A DNA stretch of 39,728 bases, from assembly GCF_001194135.2 (NCBI RefSeq), contig NC_068984.1, positions 118,413,280 through 118,453,007 on the forward strand, in the 5' to 3' direction. The translations under genes and the position numbers were made by a program. Below the pieces are notes generated by a model, which did no database searches, was not told the DNA's origin, and worked only from the letters and a program-made list of their open reading frames with translations. Source of the stretch: Octopus bimaculoides (taxonomy: Eukaryota). Positions 1 through 12,879 of the stretch are shown here, piece by piece; position 1 is the first letter of the stretch; each line of letters starts with the position of its first letter.

Positions 1-189
1 TCTCTCTCTCTCTCCCTCAGACCTGTTCACCTAGTTTTTACATAAAAGACTACGAGGAGTGCATCGCTTTAAGGTTATATTTATGCAAATGCATTTTACT
101 GAGTAACGAAAATTAACTTGCACACGATCTCTGCAAACAATGCAAGCTGCATAGTCAAACAATAGCAAATGCACAAACACAGATGAACG

Positions 190-690
190 AAGGCACGCGC
201 GCACACACACACACACATACACACACACTCAAACGCATATATATATATATATATGCATATATATATAGTTACACACACACACATATGTGTGTGTGTATGT
301 ATGAATTTATATATACATGTATATATATATATATATACACATATATACACATATACCTATATATATATACATATACATATTCATATATATGTGTGTGTGT
401 ATGTGTTTATATATATATGCGTGTATGTTTATATATATATATATCTATCTGTATATATATATATATATATATATTTATGTATGCATATATACCTAATACT
501 TTTAAGCATNNNNNNNNNNATTTATGTATGTTTGTGTGTACGTGTATATATATTTGCGTGTGTGAACGTCTGTGTGCGTGCGTGTGTGTGTGTGTATTTA
601 CGTATGTTTGTGTGTAGCTGTATATATATATTTGCGCGTGCGCGTTGTGAGTGTGCGTGGTTGTATGTGTGTGTGTGTGTGTGTGTGTGT
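190..690. repeat. Compound (CA)n/(TA)n/(TG)n microsatellite block
   Basis: Seen directly. Similar tracts lie at about 940-1060, 1190-1300, 15025-15240, 18971-19140, 24070-24305 and 32160-32310. Confidence 0.95.
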
Positions 691-1005
691 ACAGCAACAG
701 GTTTACATTTATTTGATTTTACCTGAATCCATTAGTGCTAATTGCTACTAGCCAATGGATTAGATTACTGGGACAGGAAGCTGTTTCTAATGTTTTCAGA
801 GCTCCTTTTTTGATACATGGATGAGTGAGTGAGGGGGTGAGTGAAGGAGGGAGGGAGGGAGGGAAGGAGGAAGTAAATGGGTGAGTGTGGTTTGTTAGCT
901 AGATACATAGACGGATGACTGGATTGATGGATTGATGGATGCACATATATGCATATATACACGCATGCATACACACACATACATACATACATATGTACAT
1001 GTGTC

Positions 1006-1058
<53 letters not shown>

Positions 1059-1422
1059 ATGGAATACACGATTCTATTTGTATTTCCTGTCAGCTGTAGG
1101 GCGCATGCGCCTAACAAAATCGTGCAGGGAAATCAGTTTTATGTCAACGTTTTGCAGCCAGTGAAATTATTTGTCACGTTTCGCTCCGAAGCACACACAC
1201 ACACAAACACGCGCGCGTGCGCACACGCACACACACACAAACACACACACACACACACGCACAAACACACGCACGAACATACATATACGCGCGCGCGCGC
1301 ACTACCATTGACAACGTGACAACACTAATTTGCAATTAACTCATTCGGCGGGCACAGATTTCATAATATTACAAAGCATGAAGAGGAAACATCAATAGTT
1401 TCTATCTATATCTATATTTGCA

Positions 1423-1588
1423 AGGCACAGGCATTGCTGTGTGATTGAGAAGCTCGCTTTTCAACCACGTGGTTTTGAGTTCAGTCACACTGTGCGGCAC
1501 CTTAGGTAAAATGTCTTCTACTCTAACTCAGGCTCGACTAGTACCCTTAGAGTGGGTTTGGAAGACGGAAACTGTGTAGAAGCCCACT
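1423..1588 (+). mobile_element. SINE family A, diverged 5' half
   Basis: Head GGCACAGGCATTGCTGTGTG and core ...GACGGAAACTG..AGAAGCCC, shared with the other family A copies. Confidence 0.7.
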
Positions 1589-1697
1589 GCAAAAGAAAGT
1601 AATGCAGTTTTCATTTGCATTATTTTTTTGTCTCACCTTCATAAATACGGTGGGGACTCAAAAAGTAATGCTTATAAAAATTGCATTACTTTGATTC

Positions 1698-2085
1698 GTG
1701 GAGGTGCAATGGCCCAATGGTTAGGGCAGCGGACTCGCGGTCGTAGGATTGCAGTTTCGATTCCCAGACCGGGCGTTGTGAGTGTTTATTGAGCGAAAAC
1801 ACCTAACGCTCCACGAAACTCCGGCAGGGAATTGTGGAGAACCCTGCTGTACTCTTTCACCACAACTTTCTCTCACTCTTTCTTCCTGTTTGTTGTACCT
1901 GTATTTCAAAGAGCCAGCCTTGTCACACTCTGTGTCACGCTGAATCTCCCCGAGAACTACGTTAAGGGTACACGTGTCTGTGGAGTGCTCGGCCACTTGC
2001 ACGTTGTTAATTTCACGAGCAGGCTGTTCCGTTGATCGGATCAACTTGAATCCTCATCGTCGTAACCGACGGAGTGCCAACCACC
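1698..2085 (+). mobile_element. tRNA-headed SINE, family B, full length
   Basis: A box TGGCCCAATGG and B box GTTTCGATTCC. 10-bp TSD ACTTTGATTC at 1688-1697 and 2086-2095. Highly similar to the copies at 14671, 23265 and 39361. Confidence 0.88.
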
Positions 2086-3004
2086 ACTTTGATTCACCCT
2101 TGTACTAACAGTATGTGACTCATATCTTGCAAACTTCACCTGGGAGTAAAAGTGTACACTGTCCGAGAGACAAGAATCTTTGTATGAATGCTAAGATGAG
2201 AGTTTAGAAAAACTCTCTCTCAACTTTCTGAGTTCAGTTCTCCACAAGGTCCATTTAAATTTATTATACTCCTATTTGTTAATAAATTAAATATCAGTCA
2301 AGTACTGATGTCTATTCAACCAACTATAGCATTTCCTTACATATATTCAGCCAGGTGCTGAAGCGAGGTATCACCATAGTTTAGTTTCATTATTTCGCGT
2401 CACACCCTCTAAAGACTGCGAACTGAAGTTATTTCATTGTATTTATATCGCTAATTACCTATAATAAACGTTCTAAAACAATTTCACATAAACTTTCTCT
2501 TTCTCATCTATAATAAAATTCAGGCGTTGTGAATTTGAAAACATTGTTGTCTGACATTTTGGAATTTTCCTTCCAATCTTTTCAAACAGAAAAGTATTCC
2601 GTTATGACGTCATATAATAAGCGTTCTTTTTAAAACTCATAAATCATTGATGGTGAGAGAGAGATATACATAGTTGATGAAAAACATGTTGGAGTTTTTA
2701 CACTTTTCAAATGTTTCTATTACGATGTAATAATTGTCATGCCTTTTAAGAAAAATCTCAGCGTATTTTTATTTCCTATCTTTAATGCTTCAACAGACAC
2801 CAACACAGGAATTACATTATATACAAGATATTATTGAAATATTTCACTGACGATCTATTACACAACGAAGTTATGCTACAACCACCACATATACTTTCTG
2901 CTATCGTTAAACACAATGGAATCTTAATGACTAAATTGTGTGATACTCGAGAAAGGATTTTTTTTCTCTCTTTTTGTCTGCACGTACCTACATATACTTG
3001 TTTC

Positions 3005-5030
3005 TTCTTACTTACGGCTATCCATCAAATCCAATGATGACCGTCTTCTCCTTCAGTTGTGAATTCTTTGATGGCCGTATATTCCAGTTCTTGGTGGACG
3101 GACGGTGCATGTAAATTTTGAGTTGGAGAAGCCCATTGTAATTCTATTTGCATGATCTGTTCTAGCTTCACCTGTTAATGCTAAGTGTATTTTTTTCCTA
3201 TATATCTTCAGTAACTAAAAAAGGACGGTAAATAGTGATGTCCTCCACACTAATCACGTAAGTGTTCTTTTTTAAATATGTCTTCAGTTGGTCTTTGAAC
3301 CGCTTCTTTGGTCTTCAAATCAAATATTGACCATGGTGTTGCTGACTGTACAGGATCCTGAGTGAAAGATGCCAGATATGCATGATGCATGATAAAAATC
3401 ATCTTGGGTGATGCTTGCATAATGTGAAATCAATGCCAATGATTTTTGTTTCGGCGAAGGCCTTTTGTGTGCATAAAACTACCTGGCCAAGTATTCAGAG
3501 AACTGCTTGGTATAGGGAAGTCTCGTTACTGGGGTTCAGATGATTGTTTAGAAGGACATCAGTTCTGATCCTCCCGAAAAATACAGAGAGTGTCTGGGGT
3601 GATTTAGAATATGTCCTGTGTTTGCAGTCAGGAGAACTGAAGCTATTTATGTGTCTGAATTAGGAGTTTCAGATTGTTGTAATAAAAAAGTAAGAAAGGA
3701 ATGGGCTGTTTGGTGGCATCTGTTCAGTTTTCTGGATGTAACTGATTCGTTTCCTAGATGTAACTGATTCGTTTTCTGGATGTAACTGTCAATCCCATTC
3801 CTTTATAAACTGTAACGGTTGCCGAGTTAATAGTCTATTGGAGCTTCCGGAATGTGAATGACTAGAGCACAACCACTGCCATGCTGTAGCCTAATGACAT
3901 GTTCACATCTGGATTTGCCTGCAGCTTTTTGATGTTGAAAAGTTAACTCGGAAATAAATATTGACAAATTCCTATACCGCGGTCATACAGATGAGGAAGA
4001 TATTAAATAGTATTGGAGCCAGCACACCTCCTTGCTTAATTTCCATTTTTACAATACTCTCCAATAACAAGTCGCACCATCGTCTCTGTACGGAAATTAT
4101 GAGAGAGATTCTCGAATTTGAGTGGGCTCCCTAAGGGAATTTGGGCGAGCTCTAAACTTTCTGTGAATATCCTTCAGATGTTCCCAGTTCACAGAACTAA
4201 CAGCTTCCAACGGATTCACAAATGCTATGAACAAATCTTTATGTTGCTTCGTGTATTTCCCCTGAAAGATGCATTAAGCTTCTCTCCCTGTCGAACACAC
4301 ACTGAGATTCTGGTGATATTTTCTGATATTGACTGAAAATTTCTAGTAATAAACAAGAATGCCTTATTTTGCTGTCGTAGAAAACAGATTTGTTTCTCTT
4401 GATTTGTCGATGGTAATGGTGTTAACATCCTTCAAATGGTAAACTGTTATAATCCTGGAAATTTCCAGTATTTTTTTTTTAACGTTTTTGTAACCGCATT
4501 AATTTTCGTGAATGTCAGCAGCTTATTAAAGTGGTAGACGAGGTCACACCACAAAACATTTTTCCTGGTGGCTGCATTCACTGGTTTAGTAACTGGTTAA
4601 AAATCTTCTCGACCACTTTACAATATTTCAGACTGGTCTTGCAGTAGAAAGGTGATGCCCGATGACTGTTGCTATGAAACAGTTCCGAGAATCATAGAAA
4701 GTCTTTATCTGATGATAGAAATTATGCATCTTGTTCTTGTTAGTATATATCTGGATTCTCTTGAACTTTTAAAATCCACCACTAAGTTGAACGAAGAGTA
4801 TGAGTTTTCAAAGTATAAAGAACGTATTGAGCTTCATTCTAAAACACTTGCCAATGGTTACTTAAAATGTGTGATGAAAGATTGTCCAAAGTTGTTTGAA
4901 CAATCCTTCATCACACATTTTAAGGTCACGTGTATGTCATTCACAAGGCTACTCATTGTTATAGTGTTTTACCAAGTCAGTTTTGAAGTTGTTTCGCCAT
5001 GAATCCAATGATTTCGCCAGCACCATTACA
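3005..5030 (-). mobile_element. Degenerate RTE-clade LINE, RT to 3' end
   Basis: Decayed motifs appear in the expected order on the minus strand: PESQCVFDRERS (~4300), QHKDLFIAFVN (~4230), EIKQGGVLAPILFNIF (~4020), LQHGSGCALV (YADD region, ~3880) and GIYGHQRIH (~3080). There are many stops and frameshifts. Confidence 0.75.
3727..3788. repeat. 22-bp tandem repeat, about 2.8 copies
   Basis: GTTTTCTGGATGTAACTGATTC repeated inside the RTE relic. Confidence 0.85.
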
Positions 5031-6630
5031 AAGTGTGAGATTCACCCACTAATATTGGCGATAACATTTTTAAATACAACGATGGGTGACAAAATTGGTT
5101 GTTTATATACCTATGTTTCTCAACGGGTTTCTGTTGGAATCTAGGTCTAGGTGAACGTCTATGAAGTCAACTTTAGCTAAGTTAATAACTACAGTAAACT
5201 TAAGTGCTATGTTATTAAAAACAGCTGTGAGATTTTTTCCTTAAGGTATCTAGAATATGACCATCACAACCCTGTATTATCACTCAACCATAGTTTCGGT
5301 GTTTATCTTAATGTTGTGATTAAGTAATTTAGTTTTAAGTATTTTTAGTATTAGTATGTATAGGCCTACCAGGTTGCACATTTTTGCACTGTTATAGGGG
5401 CGCCCATTGAGACATCAAATATATTTGGTCTAAACTTTTTGACCCAAGCGGACACTTTGTCGAAGAGTAGGAACTTTCGTGAATCATTTCGATATCCGGA
5501 TAATCGACGCCGATGTATCTTCTGGAAAATTCAATAGTCTTAATCATCAAAGGTTTCAATACTGAAGGGTAGAAGCCTATGTTATTGAACTGTGTGAATC
5601 TCGCCTTAGATTTATGTTTTATATGTTTGAACCAATTGAAAACAGTGCTATTCTTCGCTCACTGATGAAACCTGCTAAATTTCTTAAATCTTGATATTTT
5701 ATCAAGCAATATTTTTCAGTTATTAATAACATATATATCTTAGTAGAGTTTGTTGGTCAACAAGTGGGTTTAATTTGTGCAGTCAAGTTTGAGTTTTTAA
5801 AGTTATGACCGCCTTCCTCTTAGCTAAAGAGTCTATCCTATTGCCAAACCTGCTCCGATTGGCTAGGTATTGTGTGAATCTAGTACCATTAAGTACAACA
5901 GCGAAAGGAACTCAAAATGATGAAAGTCTAAATTTAACATTGTATGATTTAAATCATAAAGTAAATAGGCGTAACAAAACATTGTATGATATTTTGTTAG
6001 TGATCTATTTATTCTACCATAAATCACACAAACATCTGAGTATGTACATTGAAGAAATGTCTAGATGTCAAAAACAATGGTCTGGTGATTACAAGAGAAA
6101 CAGTTATGCTATTAAGGAGGCAGAATACGTATGACTGATACCTAGTGGGAATGAAACTAAATTCTGTAAGGTACTTTGTCTGGTGCTCTACAGATTTTCA
6201 TTAGTTATGTAAAAAAATAAAGGCTAATGTATGGCCCACTCCCAATCGTTATTTTCTGCTTCAACTCATTGTAAAACAAATTTTCTGGGTGTTTTGTTTG
6301 TTTTTTAATCTCCAATCATATTCTTGACGATCCTGATCATCGCCAGTCAATTCAAGTGAAAATTTTCATGATACAATCAGAGTGACGGCTGGTTGAATGT
6401 TTCAAGACGCACAAAATGCACCACAATTTTGGGGCGGCCTTTTTCTGAAACATCTTTTTATAGTAACTCAAACACTGACCTTATATTGATAAGATGCAGC
6501 GCAATTTTTAGTGACTTTATCTATTAAACTACCGAAAAAGGTGTGTCGAGTTTAACAGTCGACAACGTAGAGATTTACAATGCGCAGGATGATATCTCAC
6601 CTATCTCATTTCAGAGATATTCACTTTTTC

Positions 6631-7080
6631 CTTTTACATTTTACTTGTTTCAGTAATTGGATTGTGGCCATAGCGGGACACCGTCTTGAATGGTTTTAGT
6701 CGAACAAATCGAACCGCAGGATTTATTTTTAAGTCTGGTACTTATTCTATCGATCGCTTTTATCGAACCGTTAGTGTTACGGAGATGTAGAAAAAATAAC
6801 AACACCGGCTATCAAGCGGTGGTAGGAGGCAAATTCAAAAACAAAAACAAACACAAATACGCAACTCTCACATACAACACACACACACATGCACAACACA
6901 CACATACTCACACACACAAACGCACATGCACAGAGTTTCCATCAACCGAATTCATTCACAAGGTATTAGTCAAACCAGGGCTATAATAGACAATATCTGC
7001 CCAAAGTGCCGCACAACGGGAAAGAACCCGAAACCACGTGGCTGCAAAGTTCTTAACCACATAGCCACACATGCGCCTAT
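6631..7080 (-). mobile_element. SINE family A with internal CA microsatellite
   Basis: Shares the GTACTTATTCTATCG..CGAACCG.TAAGTTACGG block and the TTTCCATCAACC..ATTCA.TCACAAGG block with copies at 10010, 22501, 24309 and 38443. Confidence 0.8.
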
Positions 7081-7733
7081 ATTTGTTACATAGCTGTAAA
7101 TTCTTGTATTTACAGAGAATGAGAAACAGGATAGAGCAAGGGATTGTGTGATATCCATGCTTTTCACAACAACGTTAGCGAAGCTGGTCGAGTGAAATGG
7201 CTAATTCTATGAAATCGCTTCTTGGTAGTGCACACAAGACTGATTTAGAAAAATACTCTGCACACTATATCGTAGGAAGTGTAAATAGTGTAAAACTTAG
7301 TATAATCACTAAGTAATTATACACCCTAATATAATTACTGAGTTTGAAATCTCACATTCATTGTATAAATTCTCAAATTTCATTATTATCTTGTGATTAG
7401 TTTCTGGCTAAAAGCTACCAACTAAAAGGTAAATGGCTAACAGCTAAAAGGTCAACTGCTTGTAATTAGATAACGAAAATGTTTTACTGCTAACAACTAT
7501 TGTTAATGGGAGTTCTACTGAAAATAGTGAATTTATAAAGCTATTTCTACTCCTCTTAATAAAAGGGCTCATATCACAATCCTGTTAACCTTTTGAACAC
7601 GGAAAGTGGATATGTCTGCTTAAAGTTTTATTACCGTTAACTGCGGAAAGCGGTTTTATCCCACGGTTTTGATCAAAAAAAATTCTCGTTATGCTGCGAG
7701 AAGAGACACTCCCAAAGGCACTTGTTTTTTTAT

Positions 7734-7850
7734 AGAAGATAAGTTTTCAAATCTTCTCAATTTTCTTTCTTTTTTTTTTACAGAAGATAAGTTTTCAAAT
7801 TTTCTCTTTTTTTTTTTTTTAGAAAAGATAAGTTTTCAAATTTTCTTAAT
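7734..7850. repeat. Three copies of AGATAAGTTTTCAAAT separated by T-rich tracts
   Basis: Copies near 7734, 7782 and 7824. Confidence 0.75.
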
Positions 7851-8517
7851 TTTCTTAATAAGGGAGTAAGATCCTTACCACACAGCCACGCCTACACCTA
7901 ACNNNNNNNNNNGAAAATCGAACGACATGGTCAAACAGTCCAAGCTGCCACTTCCGAACCATACAAATATTCTGCACAGAGCAGGAATGACCATGGAATT
8001 AAATTATTCAGTCAAAGATTTTAAAAAGAAAAGTGGCCTTTTAATGAAAAGTGTTTAATTACTGAAAGACAACAAAAGCACAATAAATTTCTTAATCAAG
8101 AAAGATAACTCTTACAAAAATACTGCTCGGTTATTTTTCTTGCTAATGTTTTATAATATTTAGTAAATTTTGTGAAACTTTGAAAGCAAAAATAATAGAT
8201 ATCGTTTAAAGTTTATGAATGATGTAAGAGAAACAGAAATTCTTTCTATTGGCTTTTTTTTTCCCCTTTTCTTTCATGTGTTGTAAAATGGAAATATAGA
8301 CAAATATATATATAACTTGTTTCAAATGTAGATGGCTCACAAAAACCAGTTTTATAAACAATGACTGGATGTTACTTGGCGTTAAAAGATATTTGAGGCG
8401 ATTATATATAATTTATTACAGGAACGAATATACATGCACTGAGAATATTATGCATATCTTTATGCAATACACTAATGCTATAAATTCTGTAAATGGTGGC
8501 GGCGGCAGAGGATGAGA

Positions 8518-8518
<1 letters not shown>

Positions 8519-8563
<45 letters not shown>

Positions 8564-8588
8564 TGTTGTTGTTGTTGTTGTTGTTGTT
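8519..8588. repeat. (TAG)n(TTG)n trinucleotide repeat
   Basis: Seen directly. Related tracts are (GATA)n at ~13697-13755, (TAG)n(GGAT)n(GGAC)n at ~15697-15780 and (CTA)n at ~32985-33036. Confidence 0.95.
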
Positions 8589-9110
8589 TAATCTTGTGTC
8601 GGCTCTGTCCAAATAATCCTATTGGCAAAATACGTTCTCTTCCACAAAGTCCTGCCCTTATTGCGATGTCGTAGCTTTGTGTGCCTCAGTGACCCTGAGA
8701 GCTATACTAGCGGAACACAAGCTCTTAGTTAGAGCCTCTACCCTGCTAGACAGATCGAAAGATACAGACCAATCAAATATCGACCATGTCCTGCCAGAGG
8801 TTAAAAATGGATGTACGTAAGGCCAACACCTCCACCGAGAAAAAAAATCGAAGTTACAGAAGCATCGATGACAACTGAAAACCAACAAAACCTGGGATAG
8901 GAAAGCATCGTTTTGTGCAAGCGTATGATGTGGTGCAGAAAAATCCGAAAGGAAGCAGAGATCTTAATGGAGTAAAGCAGGAAAACACAACCGAGAGTTA
9001 AGAACAAAGGATAAAGGTCGTCGATGGTCTATGGTCCTTTGAGAGCGAAAAGCTTAAGGCAAGGTAAAATAAGTTCTGTCCATAGTAACCATGTCGTTAT
9101 GTATCGATAA

Positions 9111-9655
9111 ATCACCTAGCAAGACAAGGTCCCAGACACGGCGGTCCTCTCTCGAGCTGATCTGTCAAGTATTTATACTCTGCTGAGGAGAACGCAGATG
9201 AGGTGGGTAGGCCACTGCGTTCGAATGCCTGACACACGACTGCCCAAGACACTGTTTCACGGTGAATTGGCAGAAGACAGGCGCACGCAGGGTGGGCAGA
9301 AAAGGCACTTCAAAGATATACTCAAAGCCTCAATGAAGTGATTTCGGATCAACCTCGACACCTGGGAAATGCAAGCACAGAACTGCCCTGCCTGGCGTAG
9401 CTGCACCAACAAATATGTCACCTCCTACGAACAGAATAGGATAGCAGGAGCACAAAGAAAACATGAGCCGTACAAGTCTAGAACCAAGTCCTTGCCTTCA
9501 TTCCTAACAGACCACCAGTGCCCGACCTGCGGCAGGACCTGCCGGGAACGCATCGGCTTGATCGGCCACAGCCGGACGCACCGTGACCCATCTTCTTCTC
9601 CCATGTGATGTCTTTGGTCATCGTCGACAACGACAGATGAACATTATTATCGATA
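9111..9655 (+). mobile_element. RTE (BovB-like) LINE 3' fragment with C2H2 finger
   Basis: Reads QDKVPDTAVLSRADLSSIYTLLRRTQMRWVGHCVRMPDTRLPKTLFHGEL...GGQKRHFKD...CPTCGRTCRERIGLIGHSRTH, with two in-frame stops. Confidence 0.88.
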
Positions 9656-10009
9656 GCTATATTATCCATTTATTATTTTTTTTTTTGTTCTTTAAGGTGG
9701 TATAATGTGATTTGGACTGATATTTCTAGCAATTGAGGCAACCACGTACAGGCACCCTCGTTGACTCGTTATCAAAAGCATTCCCATAATGCCCTGTTCC
9801 GTCCTTTTATTTATTTATTTATTTATTTATTCATTTATTTATTAAATGCCAGTCCTCTGATATATCGTAATCCAGTGTCATCTGATGCATCATTTTAAAG
9901 ACAGTAAGGTATGATTCAACGAAATTTTGGCTACTCTTTCTGGAAAGTCAAACGATCGTTTAGAGGTGCTATTGTTTGTTCATCCGAGCAGCTAGTTGCG
10001 AAATATCTT

Positions 10010-10455
10010 TTTATTCTTTATTTGTTTCAGTCATAGGATTGCGGCCATACTGCAGCAGAGCCTTGAGGATTTAGTCGAACAAATCGACTCCAGTTCTTAC
10101 TTTCTAAGTCTGGTACTTATTCTATTGGTCTCCTTCGCCAAACCGCTAAGTTACGGAGACGTAAACAAAACTATACTCGCTATCAAGTACTGGTGGGGCA
10201 CGAACACAAAGGCTGACGCATATATATATATATATATATATATACATAAATACGTGTGTGTGTGTGTGTGTGTGTGTGATGCGGGCTTCTTCACAGTTTC
10301 CGTCTACCAAATTCACTTACAAGGTATTGGTTGGCCCTGAGCTAAAGTAAAAAAAAAACTTATCCAAAATGCCTCGGTGCGGTGGGACCGAACCCGAAGC
10401 CACGTGGTTCTGTTCTAAAATGCGCCTCTTAACCACCACTTATGTCTGTACCTAA
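10010..10455 (-). mobile_element. SINE family A
   Basis: Same conserved blocks, with an internal (TA)n(GT)n tract. Confidence 0.8.
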
Positions 10456-10995
10456 ATATGCTGTCTATGCGCTGTGAATATTAAACCATGAGCCAGTGAT
10501 CCAGCGAAGAAGGTACGTGACTTATAAAATCAATGGCAAATGTGAAAGTTGTAAACTTTACGACTCCAACTATTATATTAACTACACTACATGTATGTTA
10601 CTGTACGACTGTTCGCTCGAAACTCACAACAGAAAAACAAAATTAGATAGGAAGGCATTGATTGACTATCCATCTATTTTCTACAAAATCCATTGCACAA
10701 GCATGCAAATTTGCTAACTTTCCAAAATCGACTAAAGCAACGACTTCTACTCTGCTTGAATCTATTACAACATCTGCTTCCACTCTAGCTAAAGGGATTT
10801 ATTTAGTTTCATTAATAGTATACTACAATACACTATTCTCCCGTCTGTTCGACAGTAGCAATACTCAAAGTTTTACAACTGCCGTCACTATTCCATTAAG
10901 CTATTCTACAACTACCAATTTTAGCTAACAATCCCAAAAGCTCTAGAATTGTGGACTCGCTATTGTGTTACGTTTATTTGAACAAATTCAACAAG

Positions 10996-11240
10996 AATAG
11001 GCGTAGGAGTGGTTGTGTTAATAGGCGTAGGAGTGGCTGTGTGGTAAGTAGCTTGCTTACCAACCACATGGTTCCGGGTTCAGTCCCTCTGCGTGGCATC
11101 TTGGGCAAGTGTCTTCTACTATAGCCTCGAACCGACCAAAGCCTTGTGAGTGGATTTGGTAGACGGAAACTGAAAGAAGCCCGTCGTATATATGTATATA
11201 TGTCTGTGTGTATGTGTTTGTGTGTCTGTGGTTGTCCCCC
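10996..11240 (+). mobile_element. SINE family A 5' half, head tandemly duplicated, runs into the gap
   Basis: AATAGGCGTAGGAGTGG.TGTG occurs twice, 24 bp apart. It is followed by GGTTCCGGGTTCAGTCCC...TTGGGCAAGTGTCTTCTACTATAGCC...GGAAACTGAAAGAAGCCCGTCG. Confidence 0.82.
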
Positions 11241-11676
11241 NNNNNNNNNNNNNNNNNNNNNNNNNNNNNNNNNNNNNNNNNNNNNNNNNNNNNNNNNNNN
11301 NNNNNNNNNNNNNNNNNNNNNNNNNNNNNNNNNNNNNNNNNNNNNNNNNNNNNNNNNNNNNNNNNNNNNNNNNNNNNNNNNNNNNNNNNNNNNNNNNNNN
11401 NNNNNNNNNNNNNNNNNNNNNNNNNNNNNNNNNNNNNNNNNNNNNNNNNNNNNNNNNNNNNNNNNNNNNNNNNNNNNNNNNNNNNNNNNNNNNNNNNNNN
11501 NNNNNNNNNNNNNNNNNNNNNNNNNNNNNNNNNNNNNNNNNNNNNNNNNNNNNNNNNNNNNNNNNNNNNNNNNNNNNNNNNNNNNNNNNNNNNNNNNNNN
11601 NNNNNNNNNNNNNNNNNNNNNNNNNNNNNNNNNNNNNNNNNNNNNNNNNNNNNNNNNNNNNNNNNNNNNNNNNNNN
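11241..11676. other. Assembly gap (N run)
   Basis: Other gaps lie at about 510, 7903, 19024-19115, 21097-21218, 24783-25036, 33534-33814 (inside an ANAPC10 intron) and 37328-37638. Confidence 0.99.
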
Positions 11677-12450
11677 CTGCTCAGCCTCCTTCGTCTCCTC
11701 CTTCAGCTTGGGGAACAATCAGGATCCACGGGGAACAAGATGTGAATTGTAGGAAGGATGTGGGACAGTTTTGATGCCCATCTTTATCAAGTAGTTGGTT
11801 ATCAGGACGGAATTGTGAACTGGTGCATTGCTCTGGTACATGTGTTCTAGACTTTTGCTACGAAATCTCTTCCTAGACGCCCTCAAAAATAATAGATATC
11901 GTTTTAAGTTTATGAATGATGTAAGAGAAACAGAAATTCTTTCTATTGGCATTTTTTTCCTTTTTTTTTTTTCTTTCATGTGTTGTAAAATGGAAATATA
12001 GACAAATATATATATAACTTGTTTCAAATGTTGATGGCTCACAAAAACCAGTTTTATAAACAATGACTGGATGTTACTAGACGCCCTCAAAATCTTCACA
12101 AAGTACTCTCTGTTGACCGTCTGCTCAGAAGGAACACAATGGGTGTAGATTATGCTCTTGCTGTCGAAAAAGAGAATCATCATGAGCTTCCGGTGGACTT
12201 GCTTTACCTAGCCTCTTCTACCAACGAAAAACAGATGCTACTCTCATACAAGTTAATCCGTAAGGAAGCTGGGGCATTTCATATGTTTCTGCAGCATTTT
12301 TGCTCAGTTTAACACAAACTTTATTGCATAACAGACTTCCATATCGACTTCACATCCCGACTGCATCTGCGAACTAGTCAGCCGTAACAAGCGGTATTTA
12401 GCTGAGTGTGTTCACTCTTCTTCAATCGTCTCCTTCAATCTGTAAAGAAA
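11677..12450 (-). mobile_element. Internally deleted mariner transposase pseudogene carrying a 204-bp insertion
   Basis: N-terminal VKLSKNAAETYEM (~12300), then MMILFFDSKSIIYTHCVP..QTVNREY, HMYQSNAPVHNS...VPHPSY, and *LFPKLKE with a stop at 11719-11721. Confidence 0.85.
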
Positions 12451-12511
12451 AAAGTTGGCAGATCAGCTTATTAGATGTATAGTACTGATAGGGGATAGGG
12501 GATAGGGGAAA

Positions 12512-12827
12512 GAGTAAAGATTCCTTTCGGTCATGAATGACCATGGGATTACGCCTAGAAGGCCACCCTCCGAGGCACAAGTCCGGGCAAGGTTGTTTTT
12601 GGAAGACCAGCAGTCACCTATGCATTCAAGCCTCCCCTCTCCACGCCACCGATGTTATCCAAGGGATAGGCTAAGGCCGATACAGCTTGGCACCAGTGAC
12701 GTCACAACTCATTTCTACAGTTGAGTGAACTGGAGCAATGACAACACACAGCCTTGTCCAGGAATTGAACTCGCTATCTCATGATTGTGAGCCCGACGTT
12801 CTAACCACTGAGCCATACGCTTTCACA
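12512..12827 (-). mobile_element. tRNA-headed SINE, family D
   Basis: Minus-strand head TGGCTCAGTGG...GTTCAATTCC. Body shared with copies at 32330 and 37975. Confidence 0.7.
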
Positions 12828-12879
12828 CAATAATTTAAGGCAGTTATAACTGTTTCTCCTTAAAAAAAGTCTCAAAACT

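Noticed and set aside
1101-1110. GCGCATGCGC NRF1-like palindrome, and ATGCAAAT octamers at 83 and elsewhere
   Set aside because: They are isolated short motifs with no linked gene start and are expected by chance, especially near GC/CA repeats.
31-1319. Long ORFs rich in HT, YI, CV and VY dipeptides (also at 14931-15281, 24020-24346, 32029-32344 and elsewhere)
   Set aside because: They are translations of (CA)n, (TA)n and (TG)n microsatellites, with no coding signal.
1698-1775. tRNA genes (heads at 1698, 18400, 23265, 32546 and others)
   Set aside because: A and B boxes are present, but there is no proper acceptor stem. Each continues into a repeat body, some with TSDs, so these are SINE heads.
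5805-6134. 109-aa ORF
   Set aside because: It has a non-canonical context and no recognisable domain. A faint resemblance to a DNA-transposon C-terminus was too weak to call.
7734-7850. CRISPR-like array (also 3727-3788 and 28637-28881)
   Set aside because: The context is eukaryotic, there are no cas genes, and the spacers are poly-T or absent. These are ordinary tandem repeats.
10662-10928. 88-aa Thr/Ser-rich ORF
   Set aside because: It uses a TTG start and has low-complexity ACT/TCT-rich sequence without splice signals or homology.
11119-11774. ORFs of 186-199 aa, and similar ORFs at 18862, 20928, 24669, 33474 and 37298
   Set aside because: They are open only because they cross N gaps.
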